From NCBI RefSeq assembly GCF_009914755.1, contig NC_060937.1: DNA of 64,000 bases. One strand, 5' to 3'. Both the position numbers and the translations under genes were made by a program. This stretch comes from the human T2T-CHM13v2.0 reference genome, Homo sapiens. Shown piece by piece: positions 46,991 through 62,120 of this stretch. The notes below the pieces were generated by a model. The model searched no databases, was not told the origin of the DNA, and saw only the letters and a program-made list of their open reading frames with translations. Each line of letters starts with the position of its first letter. The stretch's first letter is position 1.

Positions 46991-49900
46991 GTACCCAAAG
47001 CAAGTATTATATACTGTACATAAAATATGAAAGTACATCAAACATATATTTTATTCTGTACATAAAATATCAAAGTACACCAAATATATATTCTATAGTG
47101 TACATAAAATATCAAAGTACCCAAAGTATACATTATATACTGTACATAAAATATGAAATTACATCAAATATATATTACATTAGGTACATAAAATATGAAA
47201 GTACATCAAATATAGATTATATACTGTACATAAAATATCAAAGTACCCCAAATATATATTATATACTGTACATGAAATATCAAAGTTCACAAACTATATA
47301 TTATATACTGTACATAAAATATCAAAGTACCCAAGGTATATATTCTATACTGTACAAAATATATCAAAGTACCCAAAGCATGTATTATATACTGTACATA
47401 TAATATGAAAGTACATCAAATAAATAGTTTATTCTGTACATAAAATATCAAAGTACACCAAATATATATTCTATAGTGTACGTAAAATATCAAAGTACCC
47501 AAACTATACATTATAAACTGTAGATAAAATATGAAATTACATCAAATATATACTATATTATGTACATAAAATATGAAAGTACATCAAATATAGATTATAT
47601 ACTCTACATAAAATACCAAAGTACCCCAAATAAATATTTTATACTGTACGTGCAATATCAAAGTTCACAAACTATATATTATATACTGTACATAAAATAT
47701 CAAAGTACCGAAGGTATATATTCTATACTGTACAAAAAATATCAAAGTACGCAAAGCATGTATTATATACTGTACATAAAATATGAAAGTACATCAAATA
47801 TATATTTTATTCTGTACATAAAATATCAAAGTACACCAAATATATATTCTGTAGTGTACATAAAATATCAAAGTACCCAAACTATACATTATATACTGTA
47901 CATAAAATATGAAATTACATCAAATATATATTAAAATAGGTACATAAAATATGAAAGTACATCAAATATAAATTATATACTGTACATCAAATACCAAAGA
48001 ACCCCAAATATATATTATATACTGTAAATGAAATATCAGAGTTCACAAACTATATATTATATACTGTATATAAAATATCAAAGTACCCAAGGTATATATT
48101 CTGTACTGTATAAAAAATATCAAAGTACCCAAAGCATGTATTATATACTGTTCATAAAATATGAAAGTATATCAAATATGTATTTTATTCTGTACATAAA
48201 ATATCAAAGTACACCAAATATATATTCTATAGTGTACATAAAATATCAAAGTACCCAAACTATACATTATATACTGTACATAAAATATGAAATTACATCA
48301 AATATATATTATATTAGGTACATAAAATATGAAAGTACATCAAATATAGATTATATACTGTACATAAAATACCAAAGAACCCCAAATATATATTATATAC
48401 TGTACATGAAATATCAAAGTTCACAAACTATATATTATATACTGTACATAAAATATCAAAGTACCCAAGGTATATTTTCTATACTGTACAAAAAATATCA
48501 AAGTACCCAAAGCATGTATTATATACTGTTAATAAAATATGAAAGTACATCAAATATATATTTTATTCTGTACATAAAATATCAAAGTACACCAAATATA
48601 TATTCTATAGTGTACATAAAATATCAAATTACCCAAACTATACATTATATACTGTACATAAAATATGAAATTACATCAAATATATATTATATTAGGTACA
48701 TAAAATATGAAAGTACATCAAATATAAATTATATACTGTACATAAAATATCAAAGTACCTCAAATATATAGTATATACTGTACATGAAATATCAAAGTTC
48801 ACAAGCTATATATTATATACTGCACATAAAATAGCAAAGTACCCAAGGTATATATTCTATACTGTACAAAAAATATAAAAGTACACAAAACATGTATTAT
48901 ATACTGTACATAAAATATGAAAGTACATCAAATATATATTTTATTCTGTACATAAAATATCAAAGTACACCAAATATATATTCTATAGTGTACATAAAAT
49001 ATCAAAGTACCCAAAGTATACATTATATACTGTACATAAAATATGAAATTACATCAAATATATATTACATTAGGTACATAAAATATGAAAGTACATCAAA
49101 TATAGATTATATACTGTGCATAAAATATGAAAGTACCCCAAATATATATTATATACTGTACATGAAATATCAAAGTTCACAAACTATATATTATATACTG
49201 TACATAAAATATCAAAGTACCCAAGGTATATATTCTATACTGTACAAAAAATATCAAAGTACGCAAAGCATGTATTATATACTGTACATAAAATATGAAA
49301 GTACATCAAATATATATTTTATTCTGTACATAAAATATCAAAGTACACCAAATATATATTCTATAGTGTACATAAAATATCAAAGTACCCAAACCATACA
49401 TTATATACTGTACATAAAATATGAAATTACATCAAATATATATTATAATAGGTACATAAAATATGAAAGTACATCAAATATAAATTATATACTGTACATA
49501 AAATACCAAAGAACCCCATATATATATTATATACTGTACATGAAATATCAAAGTTCACAAACTATATATTATATACTGTATATAAAATATCAAAGTACCC
49601 AAGGTATATATTCTATACTGTACAAAAAATATCAAAGTACCCAAAGCATGTATTATATACTGTTCATAAAATATGAAAGTACATCAAATATATATTTTAT
49701 TCTGTACATAAAATATCAAAGTACACCAAATATATATTCTATAGTGTACATTAAATATCAAAGTACCCAAACTATACATTATATACTGTACATAAAATAT
49801 GAAATTACATCAAATATATATTTTATTAGGTACATAAAATATGAAAGTACATCAAATATAGATTATATACTGTACATAAAATACCAAAGTACCCCAAATA

Positions 49901-52900
49901 CATATTATATACTGTACATGAAATATCAAACTTCACAAACTATATATTATATAGTGTACATAAAATATCAAAGTACCGAAAATATATATTCTATACTGTA
50001 AAAAAATATCAAAGTACCCAAAGCATGTATTATATACTGTACATAAAATATGAAAGTATATCAAATATATATTTTATTCTGTACATAAAATATCAAAGTA
50101 CACCAAATATATATTCTATAGTGTACAAAAAATATCAAAGTACCCAAACTATACATTACATACTGTACATAAAATATGAAATTACATCAAATATATATTA
50201 TATTAGGTACATAAAATATGAAAGTACATCAAATATAAATTATATACAGTACATAAAATACCAAAGAACCCCAAATATATATTATGTACTCTACATGAAA
50301 TATCAAAGTTCACAAACTATATATTATATACTGCACATAAAACATCAAAGTACCCAAGGTATATATTCTATACTCTACAAAAAATATCAAAGTACCCAAA
50401 GCATGTATTATATACTGTACATAAAATATGAAAGTACATCAAATATACATTTAATTCTGTACATAAAATATCAAAGTACACCAAATATATATTCTTTAGA
50501 GTACATAAAATATCAAAGTACCCAAACTATACATTATATACTGTACATAAAATATGAAATTACATCAAATATATATTACATTAGGTACATAAAATATGAA
50601 AGTACATCAAATGTAGATTATATACGGTACATAAAATACCAAAGTACACCAAATATATGTTATATACTGTACATGCAATATCAAATTTCACAAACTATAT
50701 ATTATATACTGTACATGAAATATCAAAGTACTCAAGTTATATATTCTATACTGTACAAAAAATATCAAAGTACCCAAAGCATGTATTATATACTGTACAT
50801 AAAATATGAAAGTACATGAAATATATATTTTATACTGTACATAAAATATCAAAGTACACCAAATATATATTCTATAGTGTACATAAAATATCAAAGTACC
50901 CAAACTATACCTTATATACTGTACATAAAATATGAAATTACATCAAATATATATTATATTAGGTACATAAAATATGAAAGTACATCAAATATAGATTATA
51001 TAGTGTACATAAAATACCAAAGTACCCCAAATATATATTTTATACTGTACATGAAATATCAAAGTTCACAAACTATATATTATATACTGTACATAAAATA
51101 TCAAAGTACCCAAGGTATATATTCTATACTGTACAAAAAATATCAAAGTACCCAAACATGTATTATATACTGTACATGAAATATGAAAGTACATCAAATA
51201 TATATTTTATTCTGTACATAAAATATCAAAGTACACCAAATATATATTCTATAGTGTACATAAAATATCAAAGTACCCAAAGTATACCTTATATACTGTA
51301 CATAAAATATGAAATTACATCAAATATATATTATATTAGGAACATAAAATATGAAAGTACATGAAATATATATTATATACTGTACATAAAATACCAAAGT
51401 ACCCCAAATACATATTATATACTGTACATGAAATATCAAAGTTCACAAACTATCCATTATATACTGTACATAAAATATCAAGGTACCAAAAGTATATATT
51501 CTATTCTGTACAACAAATATCAAAGTACCCAAAGCATGTATTATATACTGTACATAAAATATGAAAGTACATCAAATATATATTTTATTCTGTACATAAA
51601 ATATCAAAGTACACCAAATATATATTCTATAGTGTACATAAAATATCAAATTACCCAAACTATACATTATATACTGTCCTTAAAATATGAAATTAAATCA
51701 AATATATATTATATTAGGTACATAAAATATGAAAGTACATCAAATATTAATTATATACTGTACATAAAATACCAAAATACCCCAAATATATATTATATAC
51801 TGTACATGAAATATAAAAGTTCACAAACTATATATTATATACTGTACATAAAATATCAAAGTACCCAAGGTGTATATTCTATACTCTACAAAAAATATCA
51901 AAGTACCCAAAGCATGTATTATATACTGTACATAAAATATGAATGTACATCAAATATATATTTAATTCTGTACATAAAATATCAAAGTACACCAAATATT
52001 TATTCTATAGTGTACATAAAATATCAAACTACCCAAACTATACATTATATACTGTACATAAAATATGAAATTACATCAAATATATATTATATTATGTACA
52101 TAAAATATGAAAGTACATCAAATATAGATTATATACTGTACATAAAATACCAAAGTACACCAAATATATATTTTATACTGTACATGCAATATCAAAGTTC
52201 ACAAACTATATATTATATACTGTACATAAAATATCAAAGTACCCAAGGTATATATTCTATACTGTGCAAAAAATATCAAAGTACCCAAAGCATGTATTAT
52301 ATAGTGTACATAAAATATGAAAGTACATCAAATATATATTTTATTCTGTACATAAAATATGAAAGTACACTAAATATATATTCTATAGTGTACATAAAAT
52401 ATCAAAGTACCCAAACTATACATTATATACTGTACATAAAATATGAAATTACATCAAATATATATTATATTAGGTACATAAAATATGAAAGCACATCAAA
52501 TATAGATTATATACTGTACATAAAATACCAAAGTACCCCAAATACATATTATATACTGTACATGAAATATCAAAGTTCACAAACTATATATTATATACTG
52601 TACATAAAATATCAAAGTACCCAAGGTATATATTCTATAATGTACATAAAATATCAAAGTACCCAAAGTATACATTATATACATTACATAAAATATGAAA
52701 TTAAATCAAATATATATTATATTATGTACATAAAATATGAAAGTACATCAAATATTAATTAAATACTGTACATAAAATACCAAAGAACCCCAAATATATA
52801 TTATATACTGTACATGAAATATCAATGTTCACAAACTATATATTATATACTGTACATAAAATATCAAAGTACTGAAGGTATATATTCTATACTCTACAAA

Positions 52901-55900
52901 AAATATCAAAGTACCCAAAGCATGTATTATATACTGTTCATAAAATATGAAAGTACATCAAATATATATTTAGTTCTGTACATAAAATATCAAAGTACAC
53001 CAAATATATATTCTATAGTGTACATAAAATATCAATGTAGCCAAACTATACATTATATACTGTACATAAAATATGAAATTACATCAAATATATATTATAT
53101 TATGTACATAAAATATGAAACTACATCAAATATAGATTATATACTGTACATAAAATACCAAAGTACACCAAATATATATTTTATACTGTACATGCAATAT
53201 CAAAGTTCACAAACTATATATTATATACTGTACATAAAATATCAAAGTACCCAAAGTATATATTCTATACTGTGCAAAAAATATCAAAGTACCCAAAGCA
53301 TGTATTATATACTGTACATAAAATATGAAAGTACATCAAATATATATTTTATTCTGTACATAAAATATCAAAGTACACTAAATATATATTCTATAGTGTA
53401 CATAAAATATCAAAGTACCCAAACTATACATTATATACTGTACATAAAATATGAAATTACATCAAATATATATTATATTAGGTACAAAAAATATGAAAGT
53501 ACATCAAATATAGATTATATACTGTACATAAAATACCAAAGTACCCCAAATACATATTATATACTGTACATGAAATATCAAAGTTCACAAACTATATATT
53601 ATATACTGTACATAAAATATCAAAGTACCCAAGGTATATATTCTATACTGTTCAAAAAATATCAAAGTTCCCAAAGCAAGTATTATATACTGTACATAAA
53701 ATATGAAAGTACATCAAATATATATTTTATTCTGTAAATAAAATATCAAAGTACACCAAATATATATTCTATAGTGTACATAAAATATCAAAGTACCCAA
53801 ACTATACATTATATACTGTACATAAAATATGAAATTACATCAAATATATATTATATTAGGTACTTAAAATATGAAAGTACATCAAATATAAATTATATAC
53901 TGTACATAAAATACCAAAGTACCCCAAATATATATTATATACTGTACATGCAATATCAAAGTTCACAAACTATATATCATATACTGTACATAAAATATCA
54001 AAGTACCGAAGGTATATATTCTATAGTGTACAAAAAATATGAAAGTACGCAAAGCATGTATTATATACTGTACATAAAATATGAAAGTACATCAAATATA
54101 TATTTTATTCTGTACATAAAATATCAAAGTACACCAAATATATATTCTATAGTGTACATAAAATATCAAAGTACCCAAACTATACATTATATACAGTACA
54201 TAAAATATGAAATTACATCCAATATATATAATAATAGGTACATAAAATATGAAAGTACATCAAATATAAATTATATACTGTACATAAAATACCAAAGAAC
54301 CCCAAATATATATTATATACTGTACATGAAATATCAATGTTCACAAACTATATATTATATACTGTATATAAAATATCAAAGTACTGAAGGTATATATTCT
54401 ATACTGTACAAAAAATATCAAAGTACCCAAAGCATGTATTATATACTGTTCATAAAATATGAAAGTACATCAAATATATATTTTATTCTGTACATAAAAT
54501 ATCAAAGTACACCAAATATATATTCTATAGTGTACATAAAATATCAAAGTACCCAAACTATACATTATAAACTGTACATAAAATATGAAATTACATCAAA
54601 TATATACTATATTATGTACATAAAATATGAAAGTACATCTAATATAGATTATATACTGTACATAAAATACCAAAGTACCCCAAATAAATATTTTATACTG
54701 TACATGCAATATCAAAGTTCACAAACTATATATTATATACTGTACATAAAATATCAAAGTATAGAAGGTATATATTCTATACTGTACAAAAAATATCAAA
54801 GTACCCAAAGCATGTATTATATACTGTACATAAAATAGGAAAGTACATCAAATATATATTTTATTCTGTACATAAAATATCAAAGTACACCAAATATATA
54901 TTCTATAGTGTACATAAAATATGAAAGTACCCAAACTATACATTATATACTGTACATAAAATATGAAATTACATCAAATATATATTATATTAGGTACATA
55001 AAATATGAAAGTACATCAAATATAAATTATATACAGTACATAAAATACCAAAGTACCCCAAATATATATTATATACTGTACATGCAATATCAAAGTTCAC
55101 AAACTATATATCATATACTGTACATAAAATATCAAAGTACCGAAGGTATATATTCTATACTGTACAAAAAATATCAAAGTACGCAAAGCATGTATTATAT
55201 ACTGTACATAAAATATGAAAGTACATCAAATATATATTTTATTCTGTACATAAAATATGAAAGTACACCAAATATATATTCTATAGTGTACATAAAATAT
55301 CAAAGTACCCAAACTATATATTATATACTGTACATAAAATATGAAACTACATCAAATATATATTATAATAGGTACATAAAATATGAAAGTACATCAAATA
55401 TTAATTATATACTGTACATAAAATACCAAAGAACACCAAATATATATTATATACTGTACATGAAATATCAAAGTTCACAAACTATATATTATATGCTGTA
55501 TATAAAATATCAAAGTACCCAAGGTATATATTCTGTACTGTATAAAAAATATCAAAGTACCCAAAGCATGTATTATATACTGTTCATAAAATATGAAAGT
55601 TCATCAAATATATATTTTATTCTGTACATAAAATATCAAAGTACACCAAATATATATTCTATAGTGTACATAAAATATCAAAGTACCCAAACCATACATT
55701 ATATACTGTACATAAAATATGAAATTACATCAAATATATATTATATTAGGTACATAAAATATGAAAGTACATCAAATATAGATTATATAGTGTACATAAA
55801 ATACCAAAGTACCCAAATATATATTATATACTGTACATGAAATATCAAAGTTCACAAACTATATATTATATACTGTACATAAAATATCAAGGTACCCAAG

Positions 55901-58900
55901 GTATATATTCTATACTCTACAAAAAATGTCAAAGTACCCAAAGCATGTATTATATACGGTACATAAAATATGAAAGTACATCAAATATATATTTAATTCT
56001 GTACATAAAATATCAAAGAACACCAAATATATATTCTATAGTGTACATAAAATATCAAAGTACCCAAACTATACATTATATACTGTACATAAAATATGAA
56101 ATTACGTCAAATATATATTATATTATGTACATAAAATATGAAAGTACATCAAATATAGATTATATACTGTACATAAAATACCAAAGTACACCAAATATAT
56201 ATTTTATACTGTACATGAAATATCAAAGTTCACAAACTATGTATTATATACTGTAGATAAAATATCAAAGTACCCAAGGTATGTATTCTATACTGTACAA
56301 AAAATATCAAAGTACCCAAAGCATGTATTATATACTGTACATAAAATATGAACGTACATCAAATATAGATTATATACTGTACATAAAATACCAAAGTACC
56401 CCAAATACATATTATATTCTGTACATGAAATATCAAAGTTCACAAACTATATATTATATACTGTACATAAAATATCAAAGTACCCAAGGTATATATTCTA
56501 TAATGTAGAAAAAATATCAAAGCACCCAAAGCAAGTATTATATACTGTACATAAAATATGAAAGTACATCAAATATATATTTTATTCTGTACATAAAATA
56601 TCAAAGTACACCAAATATATATTCTATAGTGTACATAAAATATCAAAGTACCCAAACTATACATTATATACTGTACATAAAATTTGAAATTACATCAAAT
56701 ATATATTATATTAGGTACTTAAAATATGAAAGTACATCAAATATAAATTATATACTGTACGTAAAATACCAAAGTACCCCAAATATATATTATATACTGT
56801 ACATGCAATATCAAAGTTCACAAACTATATATCATATACTGTACATAAAATATCAAAGTACCCAAGGTATATATTCTATAGTGTACAAAAAATATGAAAG
56901 TACGCAAAGCATGTATTATATACTGTACATAAAATATGAAAGTACATCAAATATATATTTTATTCTGTACATAAAATATCAAAGTACACCAAATATATAT
57001 TCTATAGTGTACATAAAATATCAAAGTACCCAAACTATACATTATGTACAGTACATAAAATATGAAATGAAATCAAATATATATTATATTAGGTACATAA
57101 AATATGAAAGTACGTCAAATATTAATTATATACTGTACATAAAATACCAAAGAACCCCAAATATATATTATATACTGTACATGAAATATCAATGTTCACA
57201 AACTATATATTATATACTGTACATAAAATATCAAAGTACTGAAGGTATATATTCTATACTCTACAAAAAATATCAAAGTACCCAAAGCATGTATTATATA
57301 CTGTTCATAAAATATGAAAGTACATCAAATATATATTTAATTCTGTACATAAAATATCAAAGTACACCAAATATGTATTCTATAGTGTACATAAAATATC
57401 AAAGTACCCAAACTATACATTATAAACTGTACATAAAATATGAAATTACATCAAATATATACTATATTATGTACATAAAATATGAAAGTACATCAAATAT
57501 AGATTATATACTGTACATAAAATACCAAATTACCCCAAATAAATATTTTATACTGTACATGCAATATCAAAGTTCACAAACTATATATTATATACTGTAC
57601 ATAAAATATCAAAGTATAGAAGGTATATATTCTATACTGTACAAAAAATATCAAAGTACCCAAAGCATGTATTATATACTGTTCATAAAATATGAAACTA
57701 CATCAAATATATATTTTATTCTGTACATAAAATATCAAAGTACACCAAATATATATTCTATAGTGTACATAAAATATCAAAGTACCCAAACTCTACATTA
57801 TAAACTGTACATAAAATATGAAATTACATCAAATATATACTATATTATGTACATAAAATATGAAAGTACATCAAATATAGATTATATACTGTACATAAAA
57901 TACCAAAGTACCCCAAATAAATATTTTATACTGTACATGCAATATCAAAGTTCACAAACTATATATTATATACTGTACATAAAATATCAAAGTATAGAAG
58001 GTATATATTCTATACTGTACAAAAAATATCAAAGTACCCAAAGCATGTATTATATACTGTACATAAAATAAGAAAGTACATCAAATATATATTTTATTCT
58101 GTACATAAAATATCAAAGTACACCAAATATATATTCTATAGTGTACATAAAATATGAAAGTACCCTAACTATACATTATATACTGTACATAAAATATGAA
58201 ATTACATCAAATATATATTATATTAGGTACATAAAATATGAAAGTACATCAAATATAAATTATATACAGTACATAAAATACCAAAGTACCCCAAATATAT
58301 ATTATATACTGTACATGCAATATCAAAGTTCACAAACTATATATCATATACTGTACATAAAATATCAAAGTACCGAAGGTATATATTCTATACTGTACAA
58401 AAAATATCAAAGTACGCAAAGCATGTATTATATACTGTACATAAAATATGAAAGTACATCAAATATATATTTTATTCTGTACATAAAATATCAAAGTACA
58501 CCAAATATATATTCTATAGTGTACATAAAATATCAAAGTACCCAAACTATACATTATATACTGTACATAAAATATGAAATTACATCAAATATATATTACA
58601 GTAGGTACATAAAATATGAAAGTACATCAAATATAAATTATATACTGTACATAAAATACCAAAGAACCCCAAATATATATTATATACTGTACATGAAATA
58701 TCAAAGTTCACAAACTATATATTATATACTGTACATAAAATATCAAAATACTCAAGGTATATATTCTATACTGTACAAAAAATATCAAAGTACCCAAAGC
58801 ATGTATTATATACTGTACATAAAATATGAAAGTACATCAAATAAATATTTTATACTGTACATAAAATATCAAAGTACACTAAATATATATTCTATAGTGT

Positions 58901-61900
58901 ATATAAAATATCAAAGTACCCAAACTATACATTATATACTGTACATAAAATATGAAATTACATCAAATATATATTATATTAGGTACATAAAATATGAAAG
59001 TACATCAAATATAGATTATATACTGTACATAAAATACCAAAGTACCCCAAATACATATTATATACTGTACATGCAACATCAAAGTTCACAAACTATATAT
59101 TATATACTGTACATAAAATATCAAAGTACCGAAGGTATATATTCTATACTGTACAAAAAATATCAAAGTACCCAAAGCATGTATTATATACTGTACATAA
59201 AATATGAAAGTACATCAAATAAATATTTTATTCTGTACATAAAATATCAAAGTACACCAAATATATATTCTATAGTGTACATAAAATATCAAAGTACCCA
59301 AACTATACATTATAAACTGTACATAAAATATGAAATTACATCAAATATATACTATAATATGTACATAAAATATGAAAGTACATCAAATATATATTTTATT
59401 TTGTACATAAAATATCAAAGTACACCAAATATATATTCTATAGTGTACATAAAATATCAAAGTACCCAAACTATACATTATATACTGTACATAAAATATG
59501 AAATTACATCAAATATATATTATATTAGGTACATAAAATATGAAATTACATCAAATATAAATTATATACAGTACATAAAATACCAAAGTACCCCAAATAT
59601 ATATTATATACTGTACATGCAATATCAAAGTTCACAAACTATATATCATATACTGTACATAAAATATCAAAGTACCGAAGGTATATATTCTATACTGTAC
59701 AAAAAATATCAAAGTACGCAAAGCATGTATTATATACTGTACATAAATTATGAAAGTACATCAAATATATATTTTATTCTGTACATAAAATATCAAAGTA
59801 CACCAAATATATATTCTATAGTGTACATAAAATATCAAAGTACCCAAACTATACATTATATACTGTACATGAAATATGAAATTACATAAAATATATATTA
59901 TATTAGGTACATAAAATATGAAAGTACATCAAATATAAATTATATACTGTACATAAAATACCAAAGTACCCCAAATATATATTACATACTGTACATGAAA
60001 TATCAAAGTTCACAAACTATATATTTTATACTGTACATAAAATATCAAAGTACCCAAGGTATATATTCTATACTGTACAAAAAATATAAAAGTACCCAAA
60101 ACATGTATCATATACTGTACATAAAATATGAAAGTACATCAAATATATATTTTATTCTGTACATAAAATATCAAAGTCCACCAAATATATATTCTATAGT
60201 GTACATAAAATATCAAAGTACCCAAACTATACATTTTATACTGTACATAAAATATGAAATTATATCAAATATATATTACATTAGGTACATAAAATATGAA
60301 AGTACATCAAATATAGATTATATACTGTACATAATATATCAAAGTACCCCAAATATATATTATATACTGTACATGAAATATCAAAGTTCACAAACTATAT
60401 ATTATATACTGTACATAAAATATCAAAGTACCCAAGGTATATATTCTGTACTGTACAAAAAATATCAAAGTACCCAAAGCATGTATTATATACTGTACAT
60501 AAAATATGAAAGTACATCAAATAAATATTTTATTCTGTACATAAAATATCAAAGTACACCAAATATATATTCTACAGTGTACATAAAATATCAAAGTACT
60601 CAAACTATACATTATAAACTGTACATAAAATTTGAAATTACATCAAATATATACTACATTATGTACATAAAATATGAAAGTACATCAAATATAGATTATA
60701 TACTGTAGATAAAATACCAAAGTACACCAAATATATATTTTATACTGTACATGCAATATCAAAGTTCACAAACTATATATTATATACTGTACACAAAATA
60801 TAAAAGTACCGAAGCTATATATTGTATACTGTACAAAAAATATCAAAGTACCCAAAGCATGTATTATATACTGTACATAAAATATGAAAGTACATCAAAT
60901 ATATATTTTATTCTGTACATAAAATATCAAAGTACACTAAATATATATTCTATAGTGTACATAAAATATCAAAGTACCCAAACTATACATTATATACTGT
61001 ACATAAAATATGAAATTACATCAAATATATATTATATTAGGTACATAAAATATGAAAGTACATCAAATATAGATTATATACTGTACATAAAATACCAAAG
61101 TACCCCAAATACATATTATATACTGTACATTAAATATCAAAGTTCACAAACTATATATTATATACTGTACATAAGATATCAAAGTACCCAAGGTATATAT
61201 TCTATACTGTACAAAAAATATCAAAGTACCCAAAGCAAGTATTATGTACTGTACATAAAATATGAAAGTACATCAAATATATATTTTATTCTGTACATAA
61301 AATATCAAAGTACACCAAATATATATTCTATAGTGTACATAAAATATCAAAATACCCAAACTATAGAATATATACTGTACATAAAATATGAAATTACATC
61401 AAATATATATTATATTAGGTACATAAAATATGAAAGTACATCAAATATAAATTATATACTGTACATAAAATACCAAAGAACCCCAAATATATATTATATA
61501 CTGTACATGAAATATCAAAGTTCACAAACTATATATTATATACTGTACATAAAATATCAAAATACTCAAGGTATATATTCTATACTGTACAAAAAATATC
61601 AAAGTACCCAAAGCATGTATTATATACTGTACATAAAATATGAAAGCACATCAAATAAATATTTTATACTGTACATAAAATATCAAAGTACACTAAATAT
61701 ATATTCTATAGTGTATATAAAATATCAAAGTACCCAAACTATACATTATATACTGTACATAAAATATGAAATTACATCAAATATATATTATATTAGGTAC
61801 ATAAAATATGAAAGTACATCAAATATAGATTATATACTGTACATAAAATACCAAAGTACCCCAAATACATATTATATATTGTACATGCAATATCAAAGTT

Positions 61901-62120
61901 CACAAACTATATATTATATACTGTACATAAAATATCAAAGTACACCAAATATATATTCTATAGTGTACATAAAATATCAAAGTACCCAAAATATACATTA
62001 TATACAGTACATAAAATATGAAATTACATCAAATATATATAATAATATGTACATAAAACATGAAAGTACATCAAATATAAATTATATACTGTACATAAAA
62101 TACCAAAGAACCCCAAATAT
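46991..62120 (+). repeat. Divergent 378-bp 9-mer HSat1A units (right flank layer) with older kb-scale duplications
   Basis: 9-mer order is retained with numerous private substitutions. Shared rare markers occur at offsets 1008, 2814, 2855 and 3233 bp. Confidence 0.85.

Noticed and set aside
305-50903. Minus-strand hydrophobic ORFs of 70-101 aa
   Set aside because: Antisense translations of the satellite, opened by single substitutions (TCA->TGA on +). They are repeated with the units.
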